Shown here in pieces: positions 32,387-42,168 of a stretch of 64,000 bases of DNA. Each line of letters starts with the position of its first letter. The first letter of the stretch is position 1. The notes beneath the pieces were generated by a model that was not told the origin of the DNA, did not search any database, and saw nothing but the letters and a program-made list of their open reading frames with translations. The translations under genes were made by a program, and so were the position numbers. The stretch is taken from positions 3,648,001-3,712,000 of the forward strand of contig OZ244252.1 in assembly GCA_965217185.1 (NCBI GenBank), written 5' to 3'. The DNA is from an uncultured Candidatus Entotheonella sp. (lineage in GTDB: Bacteria; Tectomicrobia; Entotheonellia; Entotheonellales; Entotheonellaceae).

Positions 32387-33478
32387 TCAAGACACCGCTC
32401 CCAGCACGTTATCGCTTGCCCGCCGGGCCTTGAGGCTTTCGTTCAGCGTGGGATCCTCCCCGACGCCCACCAGCGTCTTGCCAAAGTTGCCGCCCTCCAG
32501 CATGGCCCGGAACGCCGTGGGGGCTTGCCTTAGCCCCGGCCACAAGTCCTCCTTGTACTTGATCCGCCCGTCTCGAACCCAGTCCGCCATGTCGGCGAGA
32601 AATGCGTCCTGGTGCGTGGCCACGAAGTTTCCGACAACAAGCTGGTGTACCTCGACGTTTTGGCGCTGAAACGTCGACTGCCCCTGGTTGCGCCACGCCT
32701 CGTGCGGGTCGTCGGAGGACGGGTTGCCGTACTGCGAAACCAGGCCGCAGAGGCTGATGCGGGAACGCGGGTTGAGCAGCGGCAGGACGGCCTCGAATAC
32801 CTTGCCGCCAACGTTCTCAAAGTACGCGTCGATCCCGTCAGGACACGCCGCGGCCAGCGCTTCCGGCAAGTCCGGGCTTTTGTGCGACACACAGGCGTCG
32901 AAATCCAGGACGGCGGTCACGAAAGCGCACTTGTTCGGGATACCGGCGATCCCTACCACACGGCACCCGCAGAGCTTGGCAATCTGGCCGACGATCTGCC
33001 CGACACCGCCGGAAGCCGCCGACACCACGACCGTTTCCCCGGCCTTGGGCGCGCACTGGACGTACACCCCTGCGTAGGCCGTCAAGCCGAGCATGCCCAG
33101 CACGCCGATGGCCGTGGAGATGGGGGCCAGCGCCGGATCGATCTGGCGGGGAAACATGTAGGTGAACACCGAAATGCCCTCGCCCGTGAGGCCATACGCT
33201 TGCCAGCCGTTGGTGTTGAAGACGAAATCGCCCTCGCGGTAGGCCGGCATGTTGCTCTCAACCACCTGCGAAACGGTGCGACCGTGACAGACCTCGCCGG
33301 CAGTTTCCAAGCTGCTGCGCCGCCGCCCCCACTGATACGGGTCCAGCGACAGGTAGATGGTGCGCGTCAGCATCTGGTTGGCGCCCGGGCTGGGGATAGG
33401 AGTTTCGATCAGCCGGAAGTCGTCAGCCACCGGCAGCCCGCCGGGCGGCGTGCGCGCGAGTAACCACTGGGTGTTCAT
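32387..33478 (-). CDS. NADP-dependent oxidoreductase (MDR, CurA/prostaglandin reductase-like)
   Basis: YLSLDPY, LGMLGLTAY, SAASGGVG, YFENVGG, GNFGK. Confidence 0.9.
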   Translation of the reverse strand: MNTQWLLARTPPGGLPVADDFRLIETPIPSPGANQMLTRTIYLSLDPYQWGRRRSSLETAGEVCHGRTVSQVVESNMPAYREGDFVFNTNGWQAYGLTGEGISVFTYMFPRQIDPALAPISTAIGVLGMLGLTAYAGVYVQCAPKAGETVVVSAASGGVGQIVGQIAKLCGCRVVGIAGIPNKCAFVTAVLDFDACVSHKSPDLPEALAAACPDGIDAYFENVGGKVFEAVLPLLNPRSRISLCGLVSQYGNPSSDDPHEAWRNQGQSTFQRQNVEVHQLVVGNFVATHQDAFLADMADWVRDGRIKYKEDLWPGLRQAPTAFRAMLEGGNFGKTLVGVGEDPTLNESLKARRASDNVLGAVS

Positions 33479-33585
33479 CAGTGTTTTCCTTGTTCGAGAA
33501 GCGGGGAGAAAATGGCATTGCCAGCAACGGGTGGAGCGGGCAGACTGTTGCCTTGGCGTTTCCGGGGTGTCGGACTGCCCCTGGT

Positions 33586-33608
33586 GGGCGGGGTAAATCC
33601 GCCCCTAC
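33586..33608 (-). repeat. GTAG-family REP palindrome
   Basis: Minus strand GTAGGGGCGG-ATTTAC-CCCGCCC. Confidence 0.6.
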
Positions 33609-33627
33609 CTACAGAGAGGATCGTGAC

Positions 33628-34980
33628 ATGACGGCATCCACATCCGTTTACAGCTACGCCGCCGAGGAGGCGGCCTACCGGCAGCGCAACCCGCGCTCGG
33701 CGGCGCGGTTTGCCGAGGCGCAGCAAGTCCTGGCCGGGGGCAATTCGCGTCTGACGGCCTTCTTCAAGCCGTTTCCCTTCTACGCTGAGCACGGCGAGGG
33801 CTGCGTGCTGCGGGACGCGGACGGCAACGAGCGCCTCGATTTCTACAACAACGCCACCTCGCTGATCCTCGGGCATAGGGACCCGCAGGTCACCGCGGCG
33901 CTGCAAGCACAGGCCGAAAAGGGCACCGCCTTCGCCAATCCGACCGAGCCGGAGGTGGAGTTGGCCAGTCTACTGACCGCGGCCCTACCTTCGCTGCAGC
34001 GGCTGCGCTTTACGAACAGCGGCACGGAGGGTGTGGCATTGGCGCTGCGGGCGGCGCGGGCGTTTACCGGCAAGTCGAAAATCGCCAAAACGGAGGGAGC
34101 CTATCACGGCACCAGTGACCACGCCAGCATCAGCGTGACGCTCCGCGTGTCAGAGGCGGGGAGCGAGGAAGCGCCCCGCCCGGTGCCGAGCTCGCAGGGG
34201 CTGACGGCCAAGACGCTGGACGACATGATCATCATCCCGTTCAACGACGCCGCGGCGGCCCGGCGCATCATCGAGCAGCACGGCGACGACTTGGCCGCGG
34301 TGATAGTCGAGCCCGTCATGGCCGGCATCGGCTATGTGCCCGCCGAGGCGGCGTTCCTGGAAGCGCTGCGCGAGGCGTGCGACGGACAGCGGACCCTGCT
34401 CATTTTCGACGAGGTACAAACGCTGCGCATGGCCCCCGGCGGCGCCCAGCAGTGGTACGACGTCGTGCCGGACATGAGCTGTCTCGGCAAGATCATCGGC
34501 GGCGGCATGCCGGTGGGGGCGTTCGGCGGCAGGGCCGACGTCATGGCGGCCTTCGACGCCACCGAGGGGGCGCCCGCCATCCCGCACGGCGGCACGTTCA
34601 ACGGCAATCCCATGACCATGCAGGCCGGTCTAGCCACCATGCGCCAGCTTACCCCGGAGGTCTACGAGCAGATCAACGAGCGCGGCGAAACGCTGCGGCA
34701 CCAGCTTGAGGAAATGGCGCGCAGCGCCGGGGTGTCGATTCGCATCAGCGGCATCGCGTCGTTCTTCGGCATGCAACTGACGGACCGCCCGGTGACGACC
34801 TACCGCAGCGCCCAGGGCCAGGACGAGGCGTTGCGCCAGAAGCTCTTTCTGCACTTACTGAATGAGGGGATTTACGTGAACAGTCGGCTGGTGGGCAACA
34901 TCTCGGTGCCCATGGGCCGCCATGAGCTTGACAGCTTCACGGCGGCCTGGGAGAGCTTTCTTGCGAAAGTCAGTGGTTAG
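33628..34980 (+). CDS. Class III aminotransferase (glutamate-1-semialdehyde aminomutase-like)
   Basis: FTNSGTE, GAYHG, LIFDEVQT, LGKIIGGGMPVGAFGG, GTFNGNP. Confidence 0.9.
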   Translation: MTASTSVYSYAAEEAAYRQRNPRSAARFAEAQQVLAGGNSRLTAFFKPFPFYAEHGEGCVLRDADGNERLDFYNNATSLILGHRDPQVTAALQAQAEKGTAFANPTEPEVELASLLTAALPSLQRLRFTNSGTEGVALALRAARAFTGKSKIAKTEGAYHGTSDHASISVTLRVSEAGSEEAPRPVPSSQGLTAKTLDDMIIIPFNDAAAARRIIEQHGDDLAAVIVEPVMAGIGYVPAEAAFLEALREACDGQRTLLIFDEVQTLRMAPGGAQQWYDVVPDMSCLGKIIGGGMPVGAFGGRADVMAAFDATEGAPAIPHGGTFNGNPMTMQAGLATMRQLTPEVYEQINERGETLRHQLEEMARSAGVSIRISGIASFFGMQLTDRPVTTYRSAQGQDEALRQKLFLHLLNEGIYVNSRLVGNISVPMGRHELDSFTAAWESFLAKVSG

Positions 34981-35064
34981 TGGTCGGTGCCCAGTGGTTA
35001 GTGAAAAGCAGAGCCAGAGCGATCCAAGGCGGGTAGGTTTTAAGCCACTGACCACTGGTCACTA
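34971..35064. repeat. Heptamer (YAGTGGT-like) tandem array with inverted complementary arm
   Basis: CAGTGGT/TAGTGGT/CGGTGCC/CAGTGGT/TAGTG, then CACTGAC CACTGGT CACTA, between convergent genes. Confidence 0.7.
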
Positions 35065-35880
35065 TCCACCGGGTTTCTCGGCAATGTAGGCCACCTGCCC
35101 AAGACGGCCGGAGGTGGTGTATTGCTGGCTCATCTGCAGGCGGTCGAGCCCTTCGAGATAGCGCTCGGTGCCCCGGATGGCCGCGAACTCTTCGCGGCGT
35201 GCGGTGAAGCCCTCGACGAGGCGGGTGTAGAACCGCGCGGCGTAGGCGGACGACACGTCCCGGACGGTCAGGTGCAGGCCTGCTGCCTCAATCGCCTCGG
35301 CATAGCTCCGGGGCGTTTCCAGTTCGGGGAAATGCCAAACCTTAAAAAAATGCTCGCGCCTCTCGGCAGGCAACGGGCGCCGCTCCGTGTGGTCAAAAAT
35401 TGCCATGCGGCCGCCGGGCTTCAGGAGGGCTGCGCAGCGCTGGATCAGGGCGGCGCGCTGCGGGATGTGGCACCAGGTGTCGTAGGTGATCACGACGTCG
35501 AACGAGTCGGGTGGCAGATCGATGTCCTGAATGTCGCCCAGGCGAAACTGCACCCGGTCGTCGAGGCCGGCTTCCTTCGCCTGTGCCACGGCCCGTTCGT
35601 GGCCGACGGCGGAAACGTCCACGCCGAGCACCTGGCAGTCGAGTTGCTCGGCGAAAAAGCACGCCGGGCCGCCCGTGCCGCTGCCCACGTCCAGAACCGA
35701 CGTTCCGGCGCCGACCCCAGCCCGGCGCGCGAAGATGAGCATTTCCCGCGGCAGCAGGGTGCATTCCTGGCCGACGAAATCGCCCCCGTATCCCAGTGCA
35801 GCTGATGACACCGAGCCACTGCGCAGCGCGTCGTAAAAGCTCGCTGCCGCGGCGCCTGCCTCGCGTTGCGTTTTGTCCAT
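35062..35880 (-). CDS. Class I SAM-dependent methyltransferase
   Basis: VLDVGSGTGG, GVDVS, LKPGG. Confidence 0.9.
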   Translation of the reverse strand: MDKTQREAGAAAASFYDALRSGSVSSAALGYGGDFVGQECTLLPREMLIFARRAGVGAGTSVLDVGSGTGGPACFFAEQLDCQVLGVDVSAVGHERAVAQAKEAGLDDRVQFRLGDIQDIDLPPDSFDVVITYDTWCHIPQRAALIQRCAALLKPGGRMAIFDHTERRPLPAERREHFFKVWHFPELETPRSYAEAIEAAGLHLTVRDVSSAYAARFYTRLVEGFTARREEFAAIRGTERYLEGLDRLQMSQQYTTSGRLGQVAYIAEKPGG

Positions 35881-35912
35881 TTGTTTGTCCTCTCCCGCCG
35901 CCCGTGCCGACC

Positions 35913-36740
35913 TCAGGCAAGCCAGCGTTTGCGGCGCCGATAGTGTTTGACGTCGCGGTAGCTGCGGCGCCCGGCAGTGCCCAATCCCAGATAGAATTCC
36001 TTCACGTCCTCGTTGGTGCGCAGGGTCTCGGCGTCGCCATCCAGCACCACCCTGCCGTTTTCCAGCACATAGCCATAGTCGGCGACCCGCAGCGCCACCG
36101 TGGCGTTCTGCTCGGCGAGAAGGAAGCTGACGCCCTCCTCACGGTTCAGTCGCGCCACGATGTCGAAAATTTCCGCCACCAGCTGGGGCGCCAGGCCCAT
36201 GGACGGCTCGTCCAGCAGAATGAGCTTGGGACGGGCCATCAGGGCGCGTCCGATGACCATCATCTGCTGCTCGCCGCCCGACACGTAGCCGGCTTTGGCA
36301 TGCCGCCGCTCGGCCAGCCGCGGGAAGTAGGTGTACACCATGTCCATGTCCCGTTGCAGCGCCGTGCGCCCGTCGTGCCGCGTGTAGGCGCCGGTCAGCA
36401 GGTTCTCCTCGCAGGTGAGGTGTCCGAACGGGTGGCGCCCCTCCATCACCTGGATGATGCCCTGGCGCACCAGGGCCGACGGGTTGAGCCGGTCGATCCG
36501 CTGGCCCTGGTATTCGATGCTGCCCTTGGTGACCTCGCCGCGCTCGACGCGCAGCAGGTTGGAGATGGCTTTCAGCGTCGTCGTCTTGCCCGCTCCGTTG
36601 GCGCCGAGCAGGGTGACGATGCGCCCCTCCGGCACCTGCAGGGAGACGCCCTTGAGGACGAGGATGACGTGGTCGTAGATGACCTCGATGTTGTTGACGT
36701 TCAGGAACGTCTGGCTCGACGCAGTCGTGGCGGCAGTCAC
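35913..36740 (-). CDS. Liv-type ABC transporter ATP-binding protein (LivF-like)
   Basis: GANGAGKTT, SGGEQQM, LDEPSMGLAP, AEQNA. Confidence 0.92.
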   Translation of the reverse strand: MTAATTASSQTFLNVNNIEVIYDHVILVLKGVSLQVPEGRIVTLLGANGAGKTTTLKAISNLLRVERGEVTKGSIEYQGQRIDRLNPSALVRQGIIQVMEGRHPFGHLTCEENLLTGAYTRHDGRTALQRDMDMVYTYFPRLAERRHAKAGYVSGGEQQMMVIGRALMARPKLILLDEPSMGLAPQLVAEIFDIVARLNREEGVSFLLAEQNATVALRVADYGYVLENGRVVLDGDAETLRTNEDVKEFYLGLGTAGRRSYRDVKHYRRRKRWLA

Positions 36741-36752
36741 AGGCGCTCCACC

Positions 36753-38081
36753 TTACCCTTCCGCGGCGCAATCGCGCGGCGTGATGTTGTTTTCCTTGGC
36801 ATATTCCGCTGCCGCCTTCTCGATCTGCGCCCGCACCACCTCGCGCATCGGGCTGATCCAGTCGCTCACCTTGTCCCACGTCTGGCCGTTCCACTGCTGG
36901 ATGTACACGGGCCCGTTGCCCTCGTGGTCTTCGCAGGTAACTTTGAGGGGCTGTGCGAAACCGGCGAGGCCGAGCTCGCCCAGGCGTTCCGTGGTGAGAT
37001 CCAGGTTCTCCAGGCCCCAGCGCACCTGCTCGCCCGTCATCGGCTGGTCGCCGTAGCGGCCCATGGCGGTGCGGATGGCTTCGGTGTCGTACACGGCGTT
37101 CATGATGCCGCGGTTGTACAGCACCTCGCCGAAGTTGTGGCCCGCGGCGGCCGCCTGATCGCCGCCGTACACCTGCGACAGGATGGCCTCGTGCACCGGA
37201 AAGCCCGCCCCAGCGCCGTGGAAGTTGCCGGCTTTGTAGCCGATAGCGCCGTCACCCGCAGGCACGACGTCCGATTCGGTCCCCGACCACCACACGCCGA
37301 TGAAGCGGTCCATCGGGTAGCGGATGGAGGCGGCTTCCTTGATCGCCACTTGGTTCATGACGCCCCAGCCCCACATGAAAATCCAGTCCGGACGGTAGCG
37401 GCGAACCTGCAGCCAAGTGGATTTCTGCTCCTGCCCCGGATGATCGATGGCGAGCAGCTTGAGGTCGTAGCCGTATTTTTCGGCGAGAATCGTCAGCGTC
37501 GGAATCGGCTCCTTGCCGTACGGGCTGTTGTGGTACACCAAGGCGATTTTCTTGCCCTTCAGCGCCTCCATGCCGCCTTCCTGCTGCCCGACGTATTTGA
37601 CAAAAGCGGATACCTGGCTCCAGTACGTGGTGGGGAAATTGAAGGTCCACTTGAAGATGCGCCCGTCAGCCGCCGCGGTGCGCCCGTAGCCCATCGAGTG
37701 GATGGGCAGCTTGTCCACCGACGCCTTGGGGATGAGCTGATAGGTGATGCCGGTGCTGTAGGGATTGATCAGCGAGGCGCCCGTTGCGCCTCTGTTTTTC
37801 AGCCTTTCGTAGCACTCGACGCCCAGCTTGGTGTTGTACTTCGTCTCGCACTCTTCCCAGGTGATCTTGACGCCGTTGATGCCGCCGTCGCGCGCGTTGA
37901 GCAGCTTGATGTAATCGACATAGCCGTTGGCCACCGGGATGCCGTTCGGCGCATAAGGCCCCGTGCGGTACACGAAAAGCGGGATGAACTGCTCGTCCTG
38001 GCCCCACACCGGAGCCACCATGAGCACCGCCACCAGCAACGCCATCCCGGCCCACACGCCGGGCATTTTGATACGTTTCAT
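36753..38081 (-). CDS. Liv-type ABC substrate-binding protein (fatty/dicarboxylic-acid type)
   Basis: Signal peptide, YRTGPYAPNG, GGINGV, YGKEP. Confidence 0.9.
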   Translation of the reverse strand: MKRIKMPGVWAGMALLVAVLMVAPVWGQDEQFIPLFVYRTGPYAPNGIPVANGYVDYIKLLNARDGGINGVKITWEECETKYNTKLGVECYERLKNRGATGASLINPYSTGITYQLIPKASVDKLPIHSMGYGRTAAADGRIFKWTFNFPTTYWSQVSAFVKYVGQQEGGMEALKGKKIALVYHNSPYGKEPIPTLTILAEKYGYDLKLLAIDHPGQEQKSTWLQVRRYRPDWIFMWGWGVMNQVAIKEAASIRYPMDRFIGVWWSGTESDVVPAGDGAIGYKAGNFHGAGAGFPVHEAILSQVYGGDQAAAAGHNFGEVLYNRGIMNAVYDTEAIRTAMGRYGDQPMTGEQVRWGLENLDLTTERLGELGLAGFAQPLKVTCEDHEGNGPVYIQQWNGQTWDKVSDWISPMREVVRAQIEKAAAEYAKENNITPRDCAAEG

Positions 38082-38142
38082 GACAAACCTCCATCGAAAG
38101 TTGGCAAGGGATTGATTTATCGGCAGAATGCGCCGTTGTCGT

Positions 38143-38200
38143 CCTGGATCAGGTGGCGGCTATTGTAAACGCGCCCGGCGCGTTAACGCAAATTGGTGAG
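38143..38200 (+). repeat. Diverged direct repeat, copy A
   Basis: Aligns to 44241-44298 with 6 substitutions and 2 single-base indels. Confidence 0.85.
38162..38191 (-). promoter_or_regulatory. Putative sigma70 promoter of the SBP gene with palindromic spacer
   Basis: TTGCGT-18 nt-TACAAT; AACGCGCC-N-GGCGCGTT palindrome at 38168-38184. Confidence 0.55.
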
Positions 38201-38207
38201 CCGCTCT

Positions 38208-38960
38208 TGATCGGCCCCCACGGCGTGGTCCAATCCGAATGTTAGTTCATGTTCAACGTCGGCTCCAATGAATACGTGACAAGGCTTGATCGAACCCCCT
38301 GGATTGTCCGCAGACCGCCAGGCTGCCCAGTCGGCCGTGTAGCTAACGCAGGCACCACGACCTCCGGCGCCGGTGCTCGGTAGCCAAGCGAGGCATGCGG
38401 CCTCACCCTTGTTGTAGTGCCGACGCCAACTCTCAATCACAACCTGTGCCTCCCTAAGCGTGTAGAACACCTCGCCATTCAGTAGCTCGTCACGCAACCG
38501 CGCGTTGAAACTCTCGACATAGCCGTTCTCCCACGGACTGCCAGGCGTGATGTAGATGCCGTCTTGGCGCCGAGCGCGACAACCCACTCTTGAACAGCTT
38601 TGGCGATGAATTCCGGACCATTGTCGGAGCGGATATACCCTGGGGCACCACGCAGGATGAACAACTCCGCCAGCAACTCGATAACATCGACGGACTTGAG
38701 CCGGCGCGCCACCCGGATGGCGAGGCATTCGCGGGTGAATTCATCGATCGTGTTGAGCATCCGGTACTTGCGCCCGTCATGGGTGCGGTCCCGGGCGAAG
38801 TCATAACTCCAGACGTGGTTTGCATGCTCGGCCCGCAGGCGCATGCACGAGCCGTCGGCGAGCCACAGGCGCCGACGCTTCGGTTGCTTGGCCGGCACCT
38901 TGAGCCCCTCACGCCGCCAGATGCGCTCCACCCGCTTGTCGTTGACCACCCAGCCGCGGC
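38208..38960 (-). mobile_element. IS3-family remnant (orfB only, frameshifted, 5' truncated)
   Basis: End TGATCGGCCCCCA; NDKRVERIWRREG, WSYDF, RSDNGPEF, PGSPWENGYVESFN across frames. Confidence 0.9.
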
Positions 38961-39198
38961 CTGGTGTCGTGCATCGTTCCGAGCCCTGCCATTTCGGCCA
39001 AAGCGGCTGTATTTTCCTGTCGGGACGGATCGCGGGCACGTTCGACAGAGGCGACGCCTCGGCCGAATCGTGACGAGAGGTCGGTTGCTGACGCGGAGGG
39101 CGTATTGACCGGCCGGCTTCTCAGGGCACGCGACGAAACGTAAAAAGCAGATAAACCCGTACTGGAGGGAACGGTCTTCCTGGGTCCCGGAGACCGAT

Positions 39199-39798
39199 TC
39201 ATGCGTGGTACAGTCCCTGGGCTCTGGCCAAGAGATCAATAACTGCTGCATTCAGATTCGCCTCAAGCTGCATCCATATGGGCGTCCCCGCGCTATCCAA
39301 CGGGTAGCCGTGCGGGTCTGTATGGGGGCCGTTCCAGCGAAATCCAAATCCCATCCACCCGTCCCACATGCCGATCATGTAGGCGCAGTTCCCCGGTCCC
39401 TTGTTCAACACGACGGCAAAGGGCCCCAATTCATTTTCCGGTCCCGTCACCTCTTCCGGCCGCCGGTAGTAGGCATGCGGGTTCTCCTGCTTTTCATCAA
39501 GATAATATCCGTCTGCAAGCACCGGACCCAAGAATGCTCTCGTTTCCCGCTGCGCTTCGGGCGACAGAATGTTCGCGATAATCGCGGGGTACAGGGCTGC
39601 ATCAAGGGTTACACACGGACGGTACCCGACTGGGGCGCCCTCTATCCAGCGAAAACCGATTCTTGGTTGGTTTCCCCACCTCACAAGCCTGTACTCGTAA
39701 GCAGCACCTGCAGGGGCAACCCCATGGAAAACAACGTCGCCATCCCAAGCTTTCCCACCTACACTTGTAGGCATAAATCTCCTCCCTGGCTTTCCCAT
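39199..39798 (-). CDS. Hypothetical protein with internally duplicated GFRW domain
   Basis: Two copies of W....(I/F)GFRW...GY...L(D/E)A.L..A(I/V)I; start uncertain. Confidence 0.65.
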   Translation of the reverse strand: MGKPGRRFMPTSVGGKAWDGDVVFHGVAPAGAAYEYRLVRWGNQPRIGFRWIEGAPVGYRPCVTLDAALYPAIIANILSPEAQRETRAFLGPVLADGYYLDEKQENPHAYYRRPEEVTGPENELGPFAVVLNKGPGNCAYMIGMWDGWMGFGFRWNGPHTDPHGYPLDSAGTPIWMQLEANLNAAVIDLLARAQGLYHA

Positions 39799-40391
39799 AA
39801 AGCGGAGGATTTCCACGGAATCCCCCTGCTAGGCAATAGCGAGCTGCGCGCCCCCTGGGCTTCAGCCGCCGACCACATCCTTAGAGAGCCTCTTCGGACA
39901 GTTTGCCCAGGTTGGCGCACTGTTCCTGTTCGCTGGATGCGACTTTCTGCTGATCCGTCATGCTTGTGCCTCCTCTCAAAGGAACTGTCCAGGTCGGGTA
40001 ACGTCCCGTGACCGAGCTTACGCCGCTGTCGGAGGCAGTTGGCGGTGGTTCGGGTCGTAGTCGGGATGATCGTAGGGACAACTGTGCCACCGCCCCCGAC
40101 GATGCCCTTCATGATCTCTTCGACCGGCGACTCGACTCCGGTCTACCCTGACACAGTCAGCTTGGAAACGTCCTGCTCCGCCATCGACATCTCTTTTCAC
40201 TGTCCGACAGTTGGTCACGCCACAATTTTAGAAAGGGCATAGCAAGGCTGGAAACGGCAGTGCAAGTTTTCCACCCATTTGGGAGTCGAAACACGGTCTC
40301 TGGTCGGTTCACGACAGAGGGTTCCAAGCCGCCGGGAAACAGCTACCCCCATTCGCCTACTGCTACCGCGCCAGTTGCCGACTCTACTCCA

Positions 40392-40845
40392 ATGATTGTC
40401 ACGGGCCGAGTAGTGGAGCGCTTGGCGCGCGGCCTGGGTGAGGTGCTGCACGAGACGGGCGGCCCCAGGTCCAGGCGGGTGGATCGGCGCTGCGGATGGA
40501 AGTCGAGGCGGTGGTGCAGGCCCTGCGGCTGCTCAGGAGGGAGTGGGCGGAGCTGGGCGACTCGTGATCGCGTCGGACGCAAAGGCGCTGATCGAGGCCT
40601 TGGTGCGTCGGAGCCGCGGGGATCCGATGACGGGAATGGTGCTCCTCGAGCACCCGGCCTTGCTTCGGGAACTGGAGCGGTGGCCGGGGTGGCCAGTACG
40701 TTGGGTGTGGGTGCGGTCGCATAGCGGCAACGCGCATCACAACCAGGTGGACCGGATTGCCTACCGCATGGCGTCTGAGGGACGCGAGTCGGTGGCGGTG
40801 GCGTCGTCTTCGTCGCTGGCACTGGCGCCGTGGTTCACTTCATAG
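40392..40845 (+). pseudogene. Ribonuclease HI-like pseudogene
   Basis: PGPGGW; RMEVEAVVQAL (other frame); VIASDAK; WVWVRSHSGNAHHNQVDRIA. Confidence 0.75.
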
Positions 40846-40865
40846 GCGCCGGAATCCTCGCCTTG

Positions 40866-41192
40866 TCAACATGGATCACTCCTTCCTGTCGCGCCACTTC
40901 CGTTGCCAGCGCTTGTTAAACGAAGACGCAGTCCCAGCGCGTTTACGGTCTTGAGCACGGTGGCAAAGAGCGGATTGCCGTTGCCTGACAGCGCTTTGTA
41001 GAGACTCTCCCTACTGCAACCGATGTCCGCAGCGACTTTTGTCATGCCTTTTGCCTTGGCAATGTCACCGAGAGCCGCAGTGATCAACTGCGGGTCGCCG
41101 TCTTCGAGGGCTGCCTCCAGGTAAGCGTCAATGTCGGCGTCGGTTTTGAGGTAATCTGCGGCATCCCAAGGTCGAGTGCGTACTTTTTCCAT
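40866..41192 (-). CDS. Addiction module antidote (HI1420-like HTH)
   Basis: WDAADYL..AYLEAA..ALGDIAKAKGM..RESLYKALS..GNP. Confidence 0.9.
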   Translation of the reverse strand: MEKVRTRPWDAADYLKTDADIDAYLEAALEDGDPQLITAALGDIAKAKGMTKVAADIGCSRESLYKALSGNGNPLFATVLKTVNALGLRLRLTSAGNGSGATGRSDPC

Positions 41193-41497
41193 TACTTTTG
41201 CTCCTTGGAGAGGATTCGCGCCAGGTTGCGGGCTTTCGTGATGTCGTCGGCTTGGCTGCTTTTGTCTCCGCCAGCGAGCAGGATGACCAAGGCCGCTTCT
41301 TGCTTCAGGAAATACACACGGTAGCCCGGCCCATAGTCAATGCGGAGCTCCGATACGCCACCTCCGACCGGCCGGACATCGCCAGGGTTGCCCAACGACA
41401 ACCGTCGGATACGGATGGCGATGCGCGCCTTTGCCTGCCGGTCCCGGAGCTTCTCGAGCCATTGTGCGTACACGTCAGTTTGCCGAATCTCGATCAT
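41192..41497 (-). CDS. Addiction module killer (HI1419-like RelE/ParE)
   Basis: GNPGD..VGGGVSELRIDYGPGYRVYF..LLAGGDKSSQ. Confidence 0.92.
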   Translation of the reverse strand: MIEIRQTDVYAQWLEKLRDRQAKARIAIRIRRLSLGNPGDVRPVGGGVSELRIDYGPGYRVYFLKQEAALVILLAGGDKSSQADDITKARNLARILSKEQK

Positions 41498-41504
41498 TGG
41501 CATA

Positions 41505-41524
41505 TTGTATCCTGTAAGCTACAA
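41505..41524. promoter_or_regulatory. Putative TA operator
   Basis: TTGTA-N10-TACAA at the toxin start. Confidence 0.45.
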
Positions 41525-41823
41525 CATGCCAAGCTGATCCAAGTCCCTCACGACCCCCCTCTGGAAAAACGTCTCAGATCGAATCCTCGCGCGAAAAATT
41601 CGGTGGTCGCGTCCGGATTTTGGCGAAACGGGCCAGATCGGGTCGTGGTGCGGGTCTTGGTCGATGTGGGCGTCGCCCCCCAGTCAATACGTATCCGCCA
41701 ACAATCGAGGCAACATCCTTATCAGGGACGTGACGTGTTGGGGTTCGCCAACAGTATCCGCCCGTTTTTCTCATACTTCTCACCGATAACGTATTTCCGC
41801 GACTCGGCGGCTTGTTTGATAAG

Positions 41824-41843
41824 TGTTGTCATAAATGACAACA
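41824..41843. promoter_or_regulatory. Putative TA operator palindrome
   Basis: TGTTGTCAT-AA-ATGACAACA perfect inverted repeat just before the toxin ATG. Confidence 0.7.
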
Positions 41844-41849
41844 TATGGC

Positions 41850-42168
41850 ATGAGTCACGATACAAGGCCTATCGGATGGGTCCGAGCTGCACGAAAGGTA
41901 TTCGAGACTTTCCCCGTGGCGGTGCGGGATCGCGTCAGCACGGCCCTGACGATTGCCGCTGAAGGGGCTCGGGGCGGGTGTCATGGAAATCGCAGTGCGG
42001 TACCGGACCGATGCCTGGCGGGTTGTCTATGTGATGGAAGTTGCCGGACAACTATGGGTGATCCATGCGTTCCGGAAGAAATCGAAGACGGGGATCAAGA
42101 CCCCGAAGGCCGAGATCGATTTGGCCAGGGACCGGCTGGGTCGACTGAAAAGGGAGCTGTTACCATGA
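41850..42168 (+). pseudogene. RelE/Gp49-like toxin with internal deletion/frameshift
   Basis: RPIGWVRAARK..ALTIAAEG, then frame change to LKGLGAGVMEI..IHAFRKKSKTGIKTP. Confidence 0.85.

Noticed and set aside
41540..41620. Phage cos/packaging-like motif (CGCGCGAAAAATT)
   Set aside because: No terminase or other phage genes nearby; too weak.
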